A DNA stretch of 64,000 nucleotides, taken from the NCBI GenBank assembly GCA_028711115.1, contig JAQTSV010000001.1, forward strand, positions 774,032 through 838,031, read 5' to 3'. This DNA comes from Candidatus Omnitrophota bacterium. Lineage in GTDB: Bacteria > Omnitrophota > Gorgyraeia > Velamenicoccales > JABMQK01. Within the stretch, counting starts at the first letter, position 1, and each line of letters starts with the position of its first letter. The notes beneath the pieces are model-generated. The model worked only from the letters and a program-made list of their open reading frames with translations. It searched no databases and was not told the DNA's origin. The translations under genes were made by a program, and so were the position numbers. Shown here piece by piece: positions 46,962 to 56,433 of the stretch.

Positions 46962-47744
46962 TTAGATTAAATGGTTTTTCAATATGCCTATTAATTTTTC
47001 TACTGATTCTTCCGGTGTGCCGTCGAATATCTGGCCTTTTGGCCTGGGCGGCGGCGTAAAAATCTTTACCACCTGCGTGGGAGAACCCTTTAATCCTATT
47101 CTATATTCTTCTGCTTCGATGTCTAAAGCCTTCCAGGTAGCGATGACAGCTTTTTTTGCTTTCATCATTCCTTTTAATGAAGGAATTCTGGGTTCATTGA
47201 TTTCTTTAACCACTGTAATAAGGCATGGCAGCGGTGTCTTTAGAATTTCGAATCCTTCTTCGGTCATGCGTTCTACCGTGGCGTGGCCGTCTTGGATCTC
47301 TTCGATTTTCTTTACATAAGTAATCTGCGGTATATCCAAGTGTGCGGAAATTCCCGGGCCGACTTGTGCAGTATCACCGTCGGATGCCTGTTTGCCGCAG
47401 ATGATGATATCGAATTCTTTAATCTTTTTGATAGCCATAGCCAAAGTATATCCTGTGGCAAGAGTGTCTGAACCGGCAAATGCCCTGTCGCTTAAAAGTA
47501 TTCCTTCGTCACAACCCAAGGAGATAGCTTCCCTTAATGCGCATTCTGCCTGTGGAGGTCCCATTGTTATGACAGTAACTTTTCCGCCAAACTTTTCTTT
47601 TATCCTTATTCCTTCTTCGATAGCGTACATATCAAAAGGATTGATTATGGATTGGACGCCTTCGCGGATTAAAGTGTTTGTTTTGGGGTCAATCTGGACC
47701 TGTGTTGTTTCCGGGACTTGTTTTATGCAGACTATTATGTTCAT
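46962..47744 (-). CDS. etfB: electron transfer flavoprotein beta subunit
   Basis: 260 aa with MNIIVCIKQVP and ICGKQASDGDTAQVGP. Confidence 0.92.
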   Translation of the reverse strand: MNIIVCIKQVPETTQVQIDPKTNTLIREGVQSIINPFDMYAIEEGIRIKEKFGGKVTVITMGPPQAECALREAISLGCDEGILLSDRAFAGSDTLATGYTLAMAIKKIKEFDIIICGKQASDGDTAQVGPGISAHLDIPQITYVKKIEEIQDGHATVERMTEEGFEILKTPLPCLITVVKEINEPRIPSLKGMMKAKKAVIATWKALDIEAEEYRIGLKGSPTQVVKIFTPPPRPKGQIFDGTPEESVEKLIGILKNHLI

Positions 47745-48901
47745 TTTTTATTTTTGGATGCTTCCTTAATTAAGGCTAAAGCGATAATATTCCTCTGAAT
47801 CTGGTTTGTGCCTTCGTATATTTGTGTAATTTTTGCGTCGCGCATATATTTTTCCGCGGGGTATTCTTTCATATATCCGTAGCCGCCGAAAATCTGGACT
47901 GCGTCAGTTGTGACTTTCATTGCCACGTCCGATGCGAATAATTTTGCCATTGCCGAATCTCTGCCGGAATCTTTATTGCCGCTGTCGATTTCCCTGGCTG
48001 TAGCATAGACTAAAGCTCTCGCAGCTTCCACTTCCGTCGCCATGTCAGCGAGCATAAATTGGATTCCCTGGAAACTGGATATGGGTTTTCCGAATTGGAC
48101 TCTTTCCTTTGCGTATTTTACCGCGGCATCCAAAGCGCCTTGTGCAATTCCCAATGCCTGCGCCGCAACGCCGGGCCTGGACATATCAAATGTTTTCATG
48201 GTAACGATAAAACCCAATCCTTCTTTTCCCAGTAAATTTTCCTTGGGTATCTTACAATCGGTAAATATCAGTTCTCTCGTCGCTGAAGCGCGTATGCCCA
48301 TTTTATCTTCTTTTTTTCCGAAAGTAAATCCCGGAGTACCTTTTTCCACTATGAATGCGCTGGCGCCTCTTGCGCCTTTGGTTTTATCGGTCATGGCGAT
48401 AACCGTATAAATTTCAGCCTCGCCGCCGTTGGTGATAAAATGCTTTGTGCCGTTTAAAACGTAGTGGTCGCCTTCTTTTTTGGCTGTGGTTTGTATTGCG
48501 CTGGCGTCTGAGCCTGCAGCCGGCTCTGTTAAACCGAATGCCGCAAGTTTCTTGCCTTTTGCTATATCGGGAAGGTATTTTTGTTTCTGCTCATCGGTTC
48601 CATATAAAATAATAGGATATGTTCCCAAGGCAGACGCAGCATAACATACAGAAATACCGCCGCAGCCTTTGGAGAATTCTTCCGTTGCCAGGCATAAATC
48701 CAAAACTCCGCCTCCCATGCCGCCGTATTTTTCCTCAATATATAAGCCGAATAAATCGGATTTAGCAATTACTTTCATTACTTCCCAAGGAAATTCCTCG
48801 CTTTTATCGAGTTCCGCAGCCACAGGCGTAATCTTTTCTTCGGTTATCTGCCTACATAAATCTTTAATCATCTTTTGATTTTCGGTGAGTAAATAGTCCA
48901 T
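47741..48901 (-). CDS. bcd: acyl-CoA dehydrogenase (butyryl-CoA dehydrogenase-like)
   Basis: 386 aa with GLTEPAAGSDA and QIFGGYGYMKEYPAEKYMRDAKITQIYEGTNQIQ. Confidence 0.92.
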   Translation of the reverse strand: MDYLLTENQKMIKDLCRQITEEKITPVAAELDKSEEFPWEVMKVIAKSDLFGLYIEEKYGGMGGGVLDLCLATEEFSKGCGGISVCYAASALGTYPIILYGTDEQKQKYLPDIAKGKKLAAFGLTEPAAGSDASAIQTTAKKEGDHYVLNGTKHFITNGGEAEIYTVIAMTDKTKGARGASAFIVEKGTPGFTFGKKEDKMGIRASATRELIFTDCKIPKENLLGKEGLGFIVTMKTFDMSRPGVAAQALGIAQGALDAAVKYAKERVQFGKPISSFQGIQFMLADMATEVEAARALVYATAREIDSGNKDSGRDSAMAKLFASDVAMKVTTDAVQIFGGYGYMKEYPAEKYMRDAKITQIYEGTNQIQRNIIALALIKEASKNKK

Positions 48902-48910
48902 TTCTCCTCC

Positions 48911-49372
48911 TTAGATATTTTTTATCATTGCTTCTTCTTCGCATCCGGGAAATTTCGGGCAATTGCAGCACTCCGCCCATATTTTGTGCGGCAGTTTCGA
49001 TTTGGATATTTTCTTAAAGCCTGATTTTCTGAAAAACCCCGGAGAATACGTCAAAGCAAAAACTTTTTTTAATTTTAATTCTTTTGCCTCTTGAAGGCAG
49101 ATTTCCACCAATTTTCTTCCTATTCCTTTATTGTGTTTTGTTTTTTCTACAGCCAGCGATTTTATTTCCGCCAGGTTTTCCCATCCGACTATATGCAGGC
49201 CGCAGCAGCCGATAATTTTTCTATTTTCTTCGCATACCCAGAAGTCTCTCATGTTTTCGTAGATTTCATTAAGCGATCGCGAAATCATAAGGTCTTTTGC
49301 GGCATAAAAATTAATCAAAGACTGAATTTGTTTTGCGTCGCTAATTCTGGCTTTTCGGATATTTTTTATCAT
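48911..49372 (-). CDS. GNAT N-acetyltransferase with Cys-rich C-terminal tail
   Basis: 153 aa with the acetyl-CoA motif NKGIGRKLV and the tail KIWAECCNCPKFPGCEEEAM. Confidence 0.75.
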   Translation of the reverse strand: MIKNIRKARISDAKQIQSLINFYAAKDLMISRSLNEIYENMRDFWVCEENRKIIGCCGLHIVGWENLAEIKSLAVEKTKHNKGIGRKLVEICLQEAKELKLKKVFALTYSPGFFRKSGFKKISKSKLPHKIWAECCNCPKFPGCEEEAMIKNI

Positions 49373-50586
49373 CAGATTTTCATCTTTTTTTCAACTAATA
49401 CGATGCCTGATGTGGTGGAAGTAAATCTTTTCATGTCCGCTTCTTTATCATATCCGATAATTGTGTTGGGGCTGATTTTTACGTCTTTATCGATAATGGC
49501 ATTTTTTATCTTGCAGCCTTTTTCCACGACCACACCTTCCATTAAAATTGAATCACACACTTCTGCTTTATCCTCGATGCACACATTCGGAGAAAGGATT
49601 GAGCGCTGTACCACGCCGCCCCTTATTACACAGCCTCCGGAAATTAAAGAATTGACTATGGAATTGACACAGACGTTTTTTTCTTTTCCGAAATATTCTG
49701 CTTTCACAGGCGGGAATTGCTCCTGATATGTCCTTATGGGCCAACTTTTATCAAACAAGTCAAACGGGCAATTGGGTTTTAGTAAATCCATATTTGCCTG
49801 GTAGTAGGCGTCTCTTGTACCGATATCGCGCCAATAAAAAGGTTTTCCTTTCTTGTCGCCGAAATTATATACGAATACTTTACGCGATTTTTTGAGCATC
49901 TGAGGAATTATATTTTTTCCGAAATCATGATCCGTCTCTTTATTGGCATCCTCTTCCAGTTCTTCTTTCAGGGAATCTTTTTTGAACAAATATATACCCA
50001 TGGAAGCATATATGGAATCAGGTTGGCCGATGACGGTCTTGGGTTTTGCGGGTTTTTCCTCGAAACCGCGTACCATGCTGTTTTTATCCACTTCTACCAC
50101 GCCTAATTGGTTGGCGAGCCCTACAGGCATCTGAACACAGCCCACAGTCATATCGGCGTCGGTATCCGAATGCTGTTTAATCATTTTGGAGTAATCCATT
50201 TTATAAACGTGGTCGCCGGCTAGAATCAAAACCTGATCCGGCTGTTCTATATCAATCGAATAGAAATTCTGGTAAATCGCATCGGCGGTTCCCTTATACC
50301 AAGCGGAACTTGTGCGTTGCTGGGCGGGAATTACGTCGATAAATTCATTAAGTTCTCTGTTTAAGATGTTCCAACCCATTGCCAGGTGCCTTTGCAGAGA
50401 AATTGATTTATACTGAATCAAAACGTGAATACGCCTTAATCCGGAGTTTATGCAATTCGAGAGCGTGAAATCAATTATGCGATAGATCCCGCCGAATGGC
50501 ACAGCAGGTTTTGCCCTGTCTTTGGTTAAAGGCATCAACCTTTCGCCTTTTCCGCCTGCAAGAATAAAAGTTACAACCTTTTTCAT
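49372..50586 (-). CDS. glgC: glucose-1-phosphate adenylyltransferase
   Basis: 404 aa with ILAGGKGERLMPLTKDRAKPAVPFGG.YRIIDF and a C-terminal left-handed beta-helix. Confidence 0.95.
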   Translation of the reverse strand: MKKVVTFILAGGKGERLMPLTKDRAKPAVPFGGIYRIIDFTLSNCINSGLRRIHVLIQYKSISLQRHLAMGWNILNRELNEFIDVIPAQQRTSSAWYKGTADAIYQNFYSIDIEQPDQVLILAGDHVYKMDYSKMIKQHSDTDADMTVGCVQMPVGLANQLGVVEVDKNSMVRGFEEKPAKPKTVIGQPDSIYASMGIYLFKKDSLKEELEEDANKETDHDFGKNIIPQMLKKSRKVFVYNFGDKKGKPFYWRDIGTRDAYYQANMDLLKPNCPFDLFDKSWPIRTYQEQFPPVKAEYFGKEKNVCVNSIVNSLISGGCVIRGGVVQRSILSPNVCIEDKAEVCDSILMEGVVVEKGCKIKNAIIDKDVKISPNTIIGYDKEADMKRFTSTTSGIVLVEKKMKI

Positions 50587-50638
50587 GGCCTTTCGTTAAA
50601 GTTAAAACCGCGTTATATATTAATTACATACGGGCGAT

Positions 50639-50667
50639 ATTATACTTTTTTATCGGTATTTTTACAA
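50639..50667 (-). promoter_or_regulatory. sigma70-like promoter for glgC
   Basis: The minus strand reads TTGTAA-17 nt-TATAAT. The -35 overlaps the stop codon of the upstream TPR membrane gene. Confidence 0.6.
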
Positions 50668-52842
50668 GGTTTTTTCTATTTTTCTTATCTTTTCTCTTAT
50701 TTCTCGATTCTGCGGTTCTATTTGTTGCGTAAGTTTATATAATCTAACAGCTTTGTTGTAATCTTTTAGTTCTAAAAGAATGTCAGCCCACAATTTTAAA
50801 TATTCAAAATCGTTATTTTTGCTATATCCGCAGGCCCTGCTTATCATATTTTCTGCTTTTTTAAGTTTGTTTTGTTTTCGATACACTAAAGCCAAGGCAT
50901 AATAATTCTCCGCATCTTTTGGCCTGGATTTGATGATGGGATAAAGCTGCATCTCTGCTTCCCTAAAGTATCCCAATTTATATAATGCCAGGGCAAATTT
51001 GTTTCTCCAGCCCAGTACCTGAGGTTCTAAGGCCACAGCTATGCGGTAATTCTCCAGAGCCAATCCATATTCTTTTAATGCCAAATAACAACTACCCAAT
51101 AATTCAAATGCATCAGCGCAATTAGGCATAATTTTCAGGGCCTCTTTCGCCTCGCTTATAGCGGCTTTAAAGCAACCTATCTCTTTTAAGACATTGCCTC
51201 TTTTTATGAAGCTCGTCGGATAAGTAATCTTAGGGCCGAGTTTTTCAATCATTACTTTAGGCGCATGCCAGGCCTTTAAATCAATGTGGAACTTTTTAAT
51301 GATATTTTTGTTCTCAGGAATATTCTTAAGAAAGATTATGGCATCGTCGTTAAAATAAACCGTTTTCCACTTAGTATTATCAAATAGATATTTGGCCAGC
51401 TTTTCATCAAAGTTTGACATACACATTGTGAGCAGAAAACCCTGCAGCTTGTATTTATCTATCAGTCCTTCTATTGTTTTTTTATCTCCTTCGGCTGCCT
51501 GTTTATATTCTTTCAAGAAATTATTTCCGTAGAATTCGGTTCTGCCGTCTATAAATACTTTTCTTAGAGGAAATGAACGTCCGATAAGATATGAGCCGGA
51601 GTTAAAATCATTAAACAGCTGCTGCGGTAATTTTTCCTTCAGGATAAAATCTACAGCTTTGTGAGGAAAATTTCTTGGCGATATCCCCCACATACAGGAT
51701 TTGAACTTATAGCTGTCAAAATCATAATAATAACAACCCATATTCAGGATTGCATTTTTAATCATGCACAGGGAAAAAGCAAGAATCAGGAATAACCTGG
51801 CTATGTAATAGTATTTATTTTTGGTGAGTTTCTCGTTAGAGAGCTTTTGATCATAAGAGAATCTTTCGTTGGCGTTATAAAATATTACAATTGTTGCCAC
51901 AATGGCAAAATAAACGATATTTCTTATAGCAGACAAAGACAGCAAGAAAAATATAAGCCACAATAGAAATAAAGTTCTGTTGAACCTCTTTTGGTTAAAT
52001 CTGAAACTAAACAGAGAAATAATAATCAGGGCTTTATAAAATATCCAGTCCTTTAGGTTAAACAGCGTTTTCAGGCCAAAAGGTTTTTCCAATTCCTGGA
52101 CAAAATTTAAGATAAATTTGTCTTTGAATAACTGCGAAAGAGTTACGAAGGGATAAAAAGCGCCTTTTATCAGTTGTGGATTAATTATCGTTGCTAATAG
52201 TGATGTAATAAGAACTAACCACAGCCTTTTATTCTTTTGTGTCAAAGCAAAGATAAAAATAACCAGCGGCCCCAACAGAAAGAATCCATGCAGGTTTGTC
52301 CAGATAATCTGTAAAAATGGCAGCAGGTATAAATAGCGGCTTTTAGATTTTTCCTTTAGTATGAGAATAAACAGTACAAGGAACAAAGCGCTAAACATAT
52401 CCGGCCTGATTGTGAATCTGTAACTTAAATTAAGCAAGAGGATAAAAAGCATTGCCGAGACAAAAAGGAAATTCCTGTTCCTTAAGCCCATAACAAATAT
52501 AATTATGAATATGGCTATAAATACGATATTTTGCATTAGGATTAAACCATCGAATCCAAATTTATTGTAGAAAGTATAGGTAAGTATCTGAAACAGCCAC
52601 TCGTGGTTTATCCACGGCTGAGATTCTTTTGTGAATGAGAATGGATCGTTTAAAAGGATTTGTTTGTAGAGGACCATCTGCTCGCCGGATTTTAAATGCA
52701 GCCATATATCTAAATCACTGACCTCTTTGCTCAGATGGACCATAAGTACAAAAAACAGGATAATAATCAGCAGCGCGCTGATTGTATAGTTGGCTTTTTT
52801 CAGGCGGGGATTTATCTTATTTAAGAATGTGGCAAGAGACAT
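50662..52842 (-). CDS. polytopic membrane protein with C-terminal TPR repeats (GT-C-like glycosyltransferase architecture)
   Basis: 726 aa. About 12 or more TM helices fill the first ~400 aa, followed by a periplasmic-looking domain and 5-6 TPR units (AFELLGSCYLALKEYGLALENY...). Confidence 0.6.
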   Translation of the reverse strand: MSLATFLNKINPRLKKANYTISALLIIILFFVLMVHLSKEVSDLDIWLHLKSGEQMVLYKQILLNDPFSFTKESQPWINHEWLFQILTYTFYNKFGFDGLILMQNIVFIAIFIIIFVMGLRNRNFLFVSAMLFILLLNLSYRFTIRPDMFSALFLVLFILILKEKSKSRYLYLLPFLQIIWTNLHGFFLLGPLVIFIFALTQKNKRLWLVLITSLLATIINPQLIKGAFYPFVTLSQLFKDKFILNFVQELEKPFGLKTLFNLKDWIFYKALIIISLFSFRFNQKRFNRTLFLLWLIFFLLSLSAIRNIVYFAIVATIVIFYNANERFSYDQKLSNEKLTKNKYYYIARLFLILAFSLCMIKNAILNMGCYYYDFDSYKFKSCMWGISPRNFPHKAVDFILKEKLPQQLFNDFNSGSYLIGRSFPLRKVFIDGRTEFYGNNFLKEYKQAAEGDKKTIEGLIDKYKLQGFLLTMCMSNFDEKLAKYLFDNTKWKTVYFNDDAIIFLKNIPENKNIIKKFHIDLKAWHAPKVMIEKLGPKITYPTSFIKRGNVLKEIGCFKAAISEAKEALKIMPNCADAFELLGSCYLALKEYGLALENYRIAVALEPQVLGWRNKFALALYKLGYFREAEMQLYPIIKSRPKDAENYYALALVYRKQNKLKKAENMISRACGYSKNNDFEYLKLWADILLELKDYNKAVRLYKLTQQIEPQNREIREKIRKIEKTL

Positions 52843-53707
52843 AGTGCCCTTCTTCTGTTTTGATTTCTTCCGGCGTCATTTGTTTGCAAATATCAGAGCT
52901 GAATTTACAGTTGGTATAGAATTTACATCCGGAATAATTATCTTGCGCCGATGTTTTTTGTAATTCGCCTATATCCGAACTCAATAAAATCTTTGTATAC
53001 GGATGCAGAGGATTATTAAATACCTTATTTTTTAATCCCCTTTCTACCGGCTTACCTTCATATAATATCAAAACTTCGTCAGCAATAAAAGAGATTACTT
53101 CAATATTGTGCGAGATAAAAATATAACTTAAGCCTAATTCTTCCTTAAGTTTTATAAACAGATTCAAAATCTGTGCTTGCACGGAAAGATCCAGTGATGC
53201 CGTGGGCTCGTCACAGACTAAAACCTTTGGCTCTATGGCTATGGCTCTGGCAATAGCGATTCTTTGTCTTTGGCCTCCGCTGAATTCATCAGGATGGTGT
53301 TTTAGGCAATCATAAGATAGATTCACTTTCTCAAGCAGTATTCTTAACTTTGAGTCTGTATCCGTTCCATTATCAAGATGATGAATCAGGAAAGGCTCCT
53401 TCAGGATATCTTTTATTTTCATCATTGGGTTTAAAGAACTGAAAGGATTCTGAAAAACCATCTGTACATTGCGCGGAAAATTATCAAAATTATAAATAAT
53501 TTTTCCATTATTCGGCTCTAACAACTTTACAATTAGTTTTGCCAGAGTGGTTTTCCCTGAACCGGTTTCACCCAGCACGCCCAGGATAGTACCTTCTCTT
53601 AGCTCGAAATTGATATTATCCAAGGCCTGGACAATAGTTTCTTTATTGCTGAAAAAACTTTTCGAAATGGCGTATTGTTTTCCTAAATTTTCTACTCTAA
53701 GTAACAT
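52817..53707 (-). CDS. oppF: oligopeptide/dipeptide ABC transporter ATP-binding protein
   Basis: 296 aa with GETGSGKTT, FSGGQRQR, VCDEPTASLD and a C-terminal oligopeptide-type Cys extension. Confidence 0.88.
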   Translation of the reverse strand: MLLRVENLGKQYAISKSFFSNKETIVQALDNINFELREGTILGVLGETGSGKTTLAKLIVKLLEPNNGKIIYNFDNFPRNVQMVFQNPFSSLNPMMKIKDILKEPFLIHHLDNGTDTDSKLRILLEKVNLSYDCLKHHPDEFSGGQRQRIAIARAIAIEPKVLVCDEPTASLDLSVQAQILNLFIKLKEELGLSYIFISHNIEVISFIADEVLILYEGKPVERGLKNKVFNNPLHPYTKILLSSDIGELQKTSAQDNYSGCKFYTNCKFSSDICKQMTPEEIKTEEGHYVSCHILK

Positions 53708-54657
53708 TTTGTAAAATGACCCTCAGAAACTTTTTTAAATTCCGGTTCTTCTTTCAAACACACATCCATTACATAAGGACAGCGGGGATTGAATTTGCAA
53801 CCGTCGGGCAAATCAGAAAGATCTGCGACGTTTCCTTCTATTGTGTTAAGAAACTTATCTTTGTTTTCCTTTTTGGGCAGGCATTTGAGTAAGGCTTTTG
53901 TGTAAGGATGCTTGGGGTTGCGCAATATTTCTTTCGCATCACCTTTTTCTATGATTCTGCCGGCATACATTATGACAATACGGTCTGCGAAATTTTCTAT
54001 TATAGAGATATTGTGGGTTATGAATATGATAGATAAATTCATCTTCTTATTCAGGTCGCGCAGTAAATTCAGAATTTGCATTTCTGTAATTCTGTCTAAA
54101 GAACTCGTCGGTTCGTCGGCGATAAGCAGTTTGGGTTTTGAGGCGATAGCCATTGCTATCATTGCCCTTTGATTCATTCCGCCGCTTAGCTGGTGTGGAT
54201 AATAAGAGTAATATTTTTCAGCCGGTTTTAAATTTACCGATTCCAATACTTCCAATACTTTATTTTTTGATTCCGCTGAGGGAATCTTTTCATGAGTTAT
54301 AAACATTTCCCTGATTTGTTCGCCAACGCTAAACAGAGGATTCAAAGATGCCGTCGCATCTTGGAACACATAACTAATCTGGGCGCCTCGTATTTTTCTC
54401 AGTTGATCTTCGTTATCCATTTCGATATCTTTACCATTAAATAATATTTGTCCTTCTGTAATCTTTGCGCTTTGCGGAAGAAGATTGGTCAGAGATAACA
54501 TGGACATGGTTTTGCCGCAGCCACTCTCACCAATTATTGCCAATATTTCCTTTTCTCTTAATTCCAAATCCAAATCGCAGACAGCATTAACCACAGAGTC
54601 TTTATAAAAGATTCTTGTGTTCAGTTTGCTTGCTTTTAGAAGAATGTTTGAGTTCAT
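53692..54657 (-). CDS. oppD: oligopeptide/dipeptide ABC transporter ATP-binding protein
   Basis: 321 aa with GESGCGKTM, LSGGMNQR, IADEPTSSLD and the C-terminal CKFNPRCPY. Confidence 0.88.
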   Translation of the reverse strand: MNSNILLKASKLNTRIFYKDSVVNAVCDLDLELREKEILAIIGESGCGKTMSMLSLTNLLPQSAKITEGQILFNGKDIEMDNEDQLRKIRGAQISYVFQDATASLNPLFSVGEQIREMFITHEKIPSAESKNKVLEVLESVNLKPAEKYYSYYPHQLSGGMNQRAMIAMAIASKPKLLIADEPTSSLDRITEMQILNLLRDLNKKMNLSIIFITHNISIIENFADRIVIMYAGRIIEKGDAKEILRNPKHPYTKALLKCLPKKENKDKFLNTIEGNVADLSDLPDGCKFNPRCPYVMDVCLKEEPEFKKVSEGHFTKCYLE

Positions 54658-55496
54658 CTTAAATATTTTTTTAGTCCTTCCCCTACCAGATTATAAGAGA
54701 TTATAGTGATGAATATGGCTAATCCGGGGAATACGCTCAGCCACCACGCTATGCCCAGGGTGGATTTGGCTTCGGATAAAATATTTCCCCAGCTGGGAGT
54801 GGGAGGCTGAATGCCGATACCTAAAAAACTTAATCCCGATTCCACTAGAATTGCGCCAGCAATGCCCAGAATTGCGCTTACAATAACAGGTCCTACGGCA
54901 TTAGGCAATAAGTGAAAGAATATTATTCTTTGATTGGAAGCACCCAGGACTTTTTCTGCCAATATGAAATCCCTTTCTTTCAAAGAGAGTATTTCCGCCC
55001 TGATTAATCTGGCCTGGCCCATCCAGCTGGTAAGGCCGATAACTATCATAATATTGTAGATATTGGGTTCAAGTAAGGCTACTATAGCAAGAATCAGGAA
55101 GAATACCGGGAAACAAAGCATAATGTCGATAAATATGGTTATAGCCCTGTCTATGAATCCGCCGTAAAATCCAGCCATTGAGCCCAGAATTATTCCTATG
55201 AAAGTGGCAATGCCAACCGCAATAAATCCCACGCTTAATGAAATACGAGTGCCGTATATCATTCTGCTGAGCACATCTCTTCCTAGTTGGTCTGTGCCGA
55301 AAATATGCCCGGCTGAAGGCGGTTGGAGAATATTATCCGCATCTATTGTGTCATAAGCATACGGAGAAATAAACTGTGCAAAAACAGCAATCAAAGATAA
55401 TAATATGACGAAGAATAAACCCCAGAATAATGTTTTATTGTCTAATGCGCTCATTGTTTTGAATAACGAATCCGCGGATCCGCATAGGCATAACAT
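54654..55496 (-). CDS. oppC: ABC transporter permease (OppC/DppC type)
   Basis: 280 aa with [12 protein letters not shown] and an EAA-loop-like region. Confidence 0.88.
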   Translation of the reverse strand: MLCLCGSADSLFKTMSALDNKTLFWGLFFVILLSLIAVFAQFISPYAYDTIDADNILQPPSAGHIFGTDQLGRDVLSRMIYGTRISLSVGFIAVGIATFIGIILGSMAGFYGGFIDRAITIFIDIMLCFPVFFLILAIVALLEPNIYNIMIVIGLTSWMGQARLIRAEILSLKERDFILAEKVLGASNQRIIFFHLLPNAVGPVIVSAILGIAGAILVESGLSFLGIGIQPPTPSWGNILSEAKSTLGIAWWLSVFPGLAIFITIISYNLVGEGLKKYLR

Positions 55497-56428
55497 ATGT
55501 CGGCTAAAAGATTGCCTAACATTGTTAAAATAGCACCAATCGTCAATATCCCCATTATCACAGGATAATCCCTGGACATTACCGACTCAAAGAATAACCT
55601 TCCCATTCCTGGTATGGCAAAGACAGATTCGATTATTACACTGCCGCTGATAAGTCCCGGGATAGATAAACCAAGTAATGTAATAATAGGTAACAAACTG
55701 TTTCTTAACGCATGTTTATAAATGATTACTTTTTGGGAAAGGCCTTTTGCGCGTGCGGTTAGAATGTAAGGCTTGTTAAGAGTTTGTATCATAGATTGGC
55801 GCATATACCTGGAAATTCCCGCCAGTCCTCCGAAGACAAAAATAAATATGGGAAGCGCCAGATGCCTGGAAAGGTCAATAATTTTTTCTATAAGATTAAA
55901 ACTTTCAAAATCCAGCGAGGTCATTCCTAATACAGGCAGCCAGCCTAATTTTATGCAAAATATATCCATCAATATCAAGGCCAGCCAGAATGAAGGCATG
56001 GCAAAACCAATAAACACAAATGCAGTGATTGATTTATCGGTAAATGAGCCTTGTTTAGTGCTGCCGATTATCCCCAGCGGTATGCCGATTAATAAAATCA
56101 GAATAATCGATACTATGTTTATGAATAGAGTTATGGGCAGGCGTTCTTTAATTTTGTCGATAACTTTTCTTGCATCGATAAAAGATTCACCGAAATCCAA
56201 TCTGACAAATCTTTTTAGCCAGTTTTTATACTGAATGAATATGGGCTTATCCAGTTCGTATAAGCGGTTTAATTTTGCACGTGCGTCCAAAGATATTTTT
56301 GGGTTAAGATTGGTAAGCGCATCTGTAGGTTTGCCGGGAGCCAGATGAATTACGGCAAATGAAATTAAAGTAATTCCGATTAATAAAGGAATCAAACCGA
56401 GCAACCTTTTTATCAGGTAATTTAACAT
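55451..56428 (-). CDS. oppB: ABC transporter permease (OppB/DppB type)
   Basis: 325 aa with [20 protein letters not shown] and DPRIRY. Confidence 0.88.
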   Translation of the reverse strand: MLNYLIKRLLGLIPLLIGITLISFAVIHLAPGKPTDALTNLNPKISLDARAKLNRLYELDKPIFIQYKNWLKRFVRLDFGESFIDARKVIDKIKERLPITLFINIVSIILILLIGIPLGIIGSTKQGSFTDKSITAFVFIGFAMPSFWLALILMDIFCIKLGWLPVLGMTSLDFESFNLIEKIIDLSRHLALPIFIFVFGGLAGISRYMRQSMIQTLNKPYILTARAKGLSQKVIIYKHALRNSLLPIITLLGLSIPGLISGSVIIESVFAIPGMGRLFFESVMSRDYPVIMGILTIGAILTMLGNLLADICYAYADPRIRYSKQ

Positions 56429-56433
56429 AAAAT

